From Asterionella formosa (Eukaryota): 64,000 nucleotides of DNA. Under the pieces are notes generated by a model, which was not told where the DNA came from, did no database searches, and saw nothing but the letters and a program-made list of their open reading frames with translations. The position numbers were made by a program, and so were the translations under genes. The DNA lies in NCBI GenBank assembly GCA_002256025.1, contig NKIB01012718.1, positions 1-64,000 of the forward strand, in the 5' to 3' direction. Shown here piece by piece: positions 62,430-64,000 of this stretch (position 1 is its first letter; every line of letters begins with the position of its first letter).

Positions 62430-63305
62430 TTACTTGGGAGCACCATTGATGACATTGAAGAAATCAGCCTCCAACGAAGCACCTCCAATAAGACCACCGT
62501 CAATATCAGGCATTGCAAGGAGATCCTTGGCATTGCCTCCCTTCATCGACCCACCATATTGGATACGAATCTTGCTGGCGACTTCGGGAGAGACGTTGTC
62601 GGCGATCCACTTTCGGATATCAGCGTGGGTGTCTTGTGCCATCTGAGGAGTGGCAGTGAGACCAGTTCCGATTGCCCAGACAGGCTCGTAGGCAATGGAC
62701 ACATTCTCGTAGTCGGCAATAGTCAATTTTTTCGCAAGAGGAGCCAGTTGAGCAGCGCAAACCTCCATGGTAACACCAGATTCACGTTCATCCTTCTTCT
62801 CCCCAACACAGAACATGACCTTCAATCCATTATCAAGAGCAACTTTGGCCTTTTCAGCGCAAAGTTCAACAGGCTCTCCAGCCATACCAAATCCCTCGCG
62901 ACGCTCGGAGTGTCCAATAATAACCCAGGTACAGCCAATATCCTTGAGCTGGTGTGAACCAATCTCACCGGTGAACGCGCCACACTTCGTATTAACACCG
63001 CAGTCCTGAGCACCGACTTGGATGTCGTCACGAAGCTTCTCCAAAACCATACCAATGTGGATGAATGGGACGCAAAGAACAACTTCAACGTTGGAAGGGA
63101 TAGGGCCCGCTTCGTTGAAGACTTTGCAACGTGCTTCGTTGGCTTCAAGAAGTCCGTTGCACTTCCAGTTTCCACCAATCAAGTATTTACGGCCACCTTC
63201 CGTGGCAGGGGCGGAAGAACCGACAGGACGGGTGCTCTTCTTTTTACTGTTTGATAAGTAAAGACCAGCGGTGACGCCAATGGCGGCCGCGGTGGTTGCA
63301 ATCAT
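62430..63305 (-). CDS. TPI: Triosephosphate isomerase with an N-terminal hydrophobic extension
   Basis: GGNWKCN, IIGHSERR, AYEPVWAIGTG, QYGGS and DGGLIGGASL motifs. First in-frame ATG at 63305. Confidence 0.93.
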   Translation of the reverse strand: MIATTAAAIGVTAGLYLSNSKKKSTRPVGSSAPATEGGRKYLIGGNWKCNGLLEANEARCKVFNEAGPIPSNVEVVLCVPFIHIGMVLEKLRDDIQVGAQDCGVNTKCGAFTGEIGSHQLKDIGCTWVIIGHSERREGFGMAGEPVELCAEKAKVALDNGLKVMFCVGEKKDERESGVTMEVCAAQLAPLAKKLTIADYENVSIAYEPVWAIGTGLTATPQMAQDTHADIRKWIADNVSPEVASKIRIQYGGSMKGGNAKDLLAMPDIDGGLIGGASLEADFFNVINGAPK

Positions 63306-64000
63306 CAGATTCTCGCTGCCATTAGGAACACGAGGAACACGCCGGGTGAGAATTGTGAAACGAATCTGTGAGTAGGCAAAGAAGTCACAAGGCCTCTTTG
63401 AGAGCTCGCTCGGAAATGAAGACAAGCTCAAAGCGAATGAGCATGTGCACCCATTCTGACAATGAGCAAAGCGACTCTTTCTGTAATGAAACGTTGCGAA
63501 CTCAAGGGACAAGTACGACTTCCACTTTTCGCCGCTTGCAATCTTTCTTCGTGATCGTGTCGTTAATATTACGTCCTCCACCACGAGATGCTGGTCCTAT
63601 GTAACAGGACATATCAGGGATCACTCAACGCTGACCCAGCCTCCTCACAATGTGAAATAGAAAACTGAAAGGCACTTACGAACTCATCTTCGTGTAAGGT
63701 CAACAAAATGGGAAGCCCTCAGCAGTTTGGATCTTTTTGCGGAAAGCAAGTGCGTTATTGCTTCTTTTGTTTCCTTACATACAATGAAATACACATTATC
63801 ATAGAGAGTACAGTACATAGTATTGCCGGAAATACAGAATAATGCATTCTAAAATACCGGTATGTATCATGCGTGTAAAGATAACCGCTGTGATAGGGGA
63901 ATGCTGGTACCAGTACCAGGTACATGGTCCATACAAAGGAGGTGTACCAGGTAATAACACGTGCTAGTACAGTACCATTGTACCAGTACCACGTAACACG

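Noticed and set aside
63306..63680. Longer TPI ORF or an upstream exon (GTAAGT donor at 63679, acceptor at 63366)
   Set aside because: The ORF-track start is non-ATG, and the tested splice puts the upstream ATG out of frame.

Overview
Eukaryotic nuclear DNA, most likely a pennate diatom. This is an inference from short GT-AG introns, an ASAFAP-like plastid presequence, CoDi-like copia elements and diatom-type gene families. Thirteen protein-coding genes are supported: a putative Cys/His metal-binding protein, MCM9, two divergent glucose-6-phosphate isomerases, a CHORD protein, a cysteine desulfurase/GYF-like/TtcA fusion, a Ser/Glu-rich tail-anchored protein, a stand-alone FMN-binding glutamate synthase-like protein, PEX16, a PRMT10-like methyltransferase, a membrane protein, a ZnT9-like CDF transporter and TPI. 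Gene islands alternate with decayed transposon tracts at about 6-13, 17-20, 27-35.6, 44-52 and 54.6-60 kb. These tracts hold a Kolobok-like element with a P2X7-ballast/KolX-like ORF, a deleted copia element with both LTRs and a CTCTC target-site duplication, Tc1/IS630-like remnants, MITEs and a three-copy ~1.8-2 kb repeat. The most notable observations are the sulfur-donor/tRNA-thiolase fusion, CCAGGTACCTGG-type palindrome clusters upstream of most genes, and a Pol III-type tRNA-like gene with a shortened anticodon region. All assignments come from motif recognition by eye; no database searches were run.
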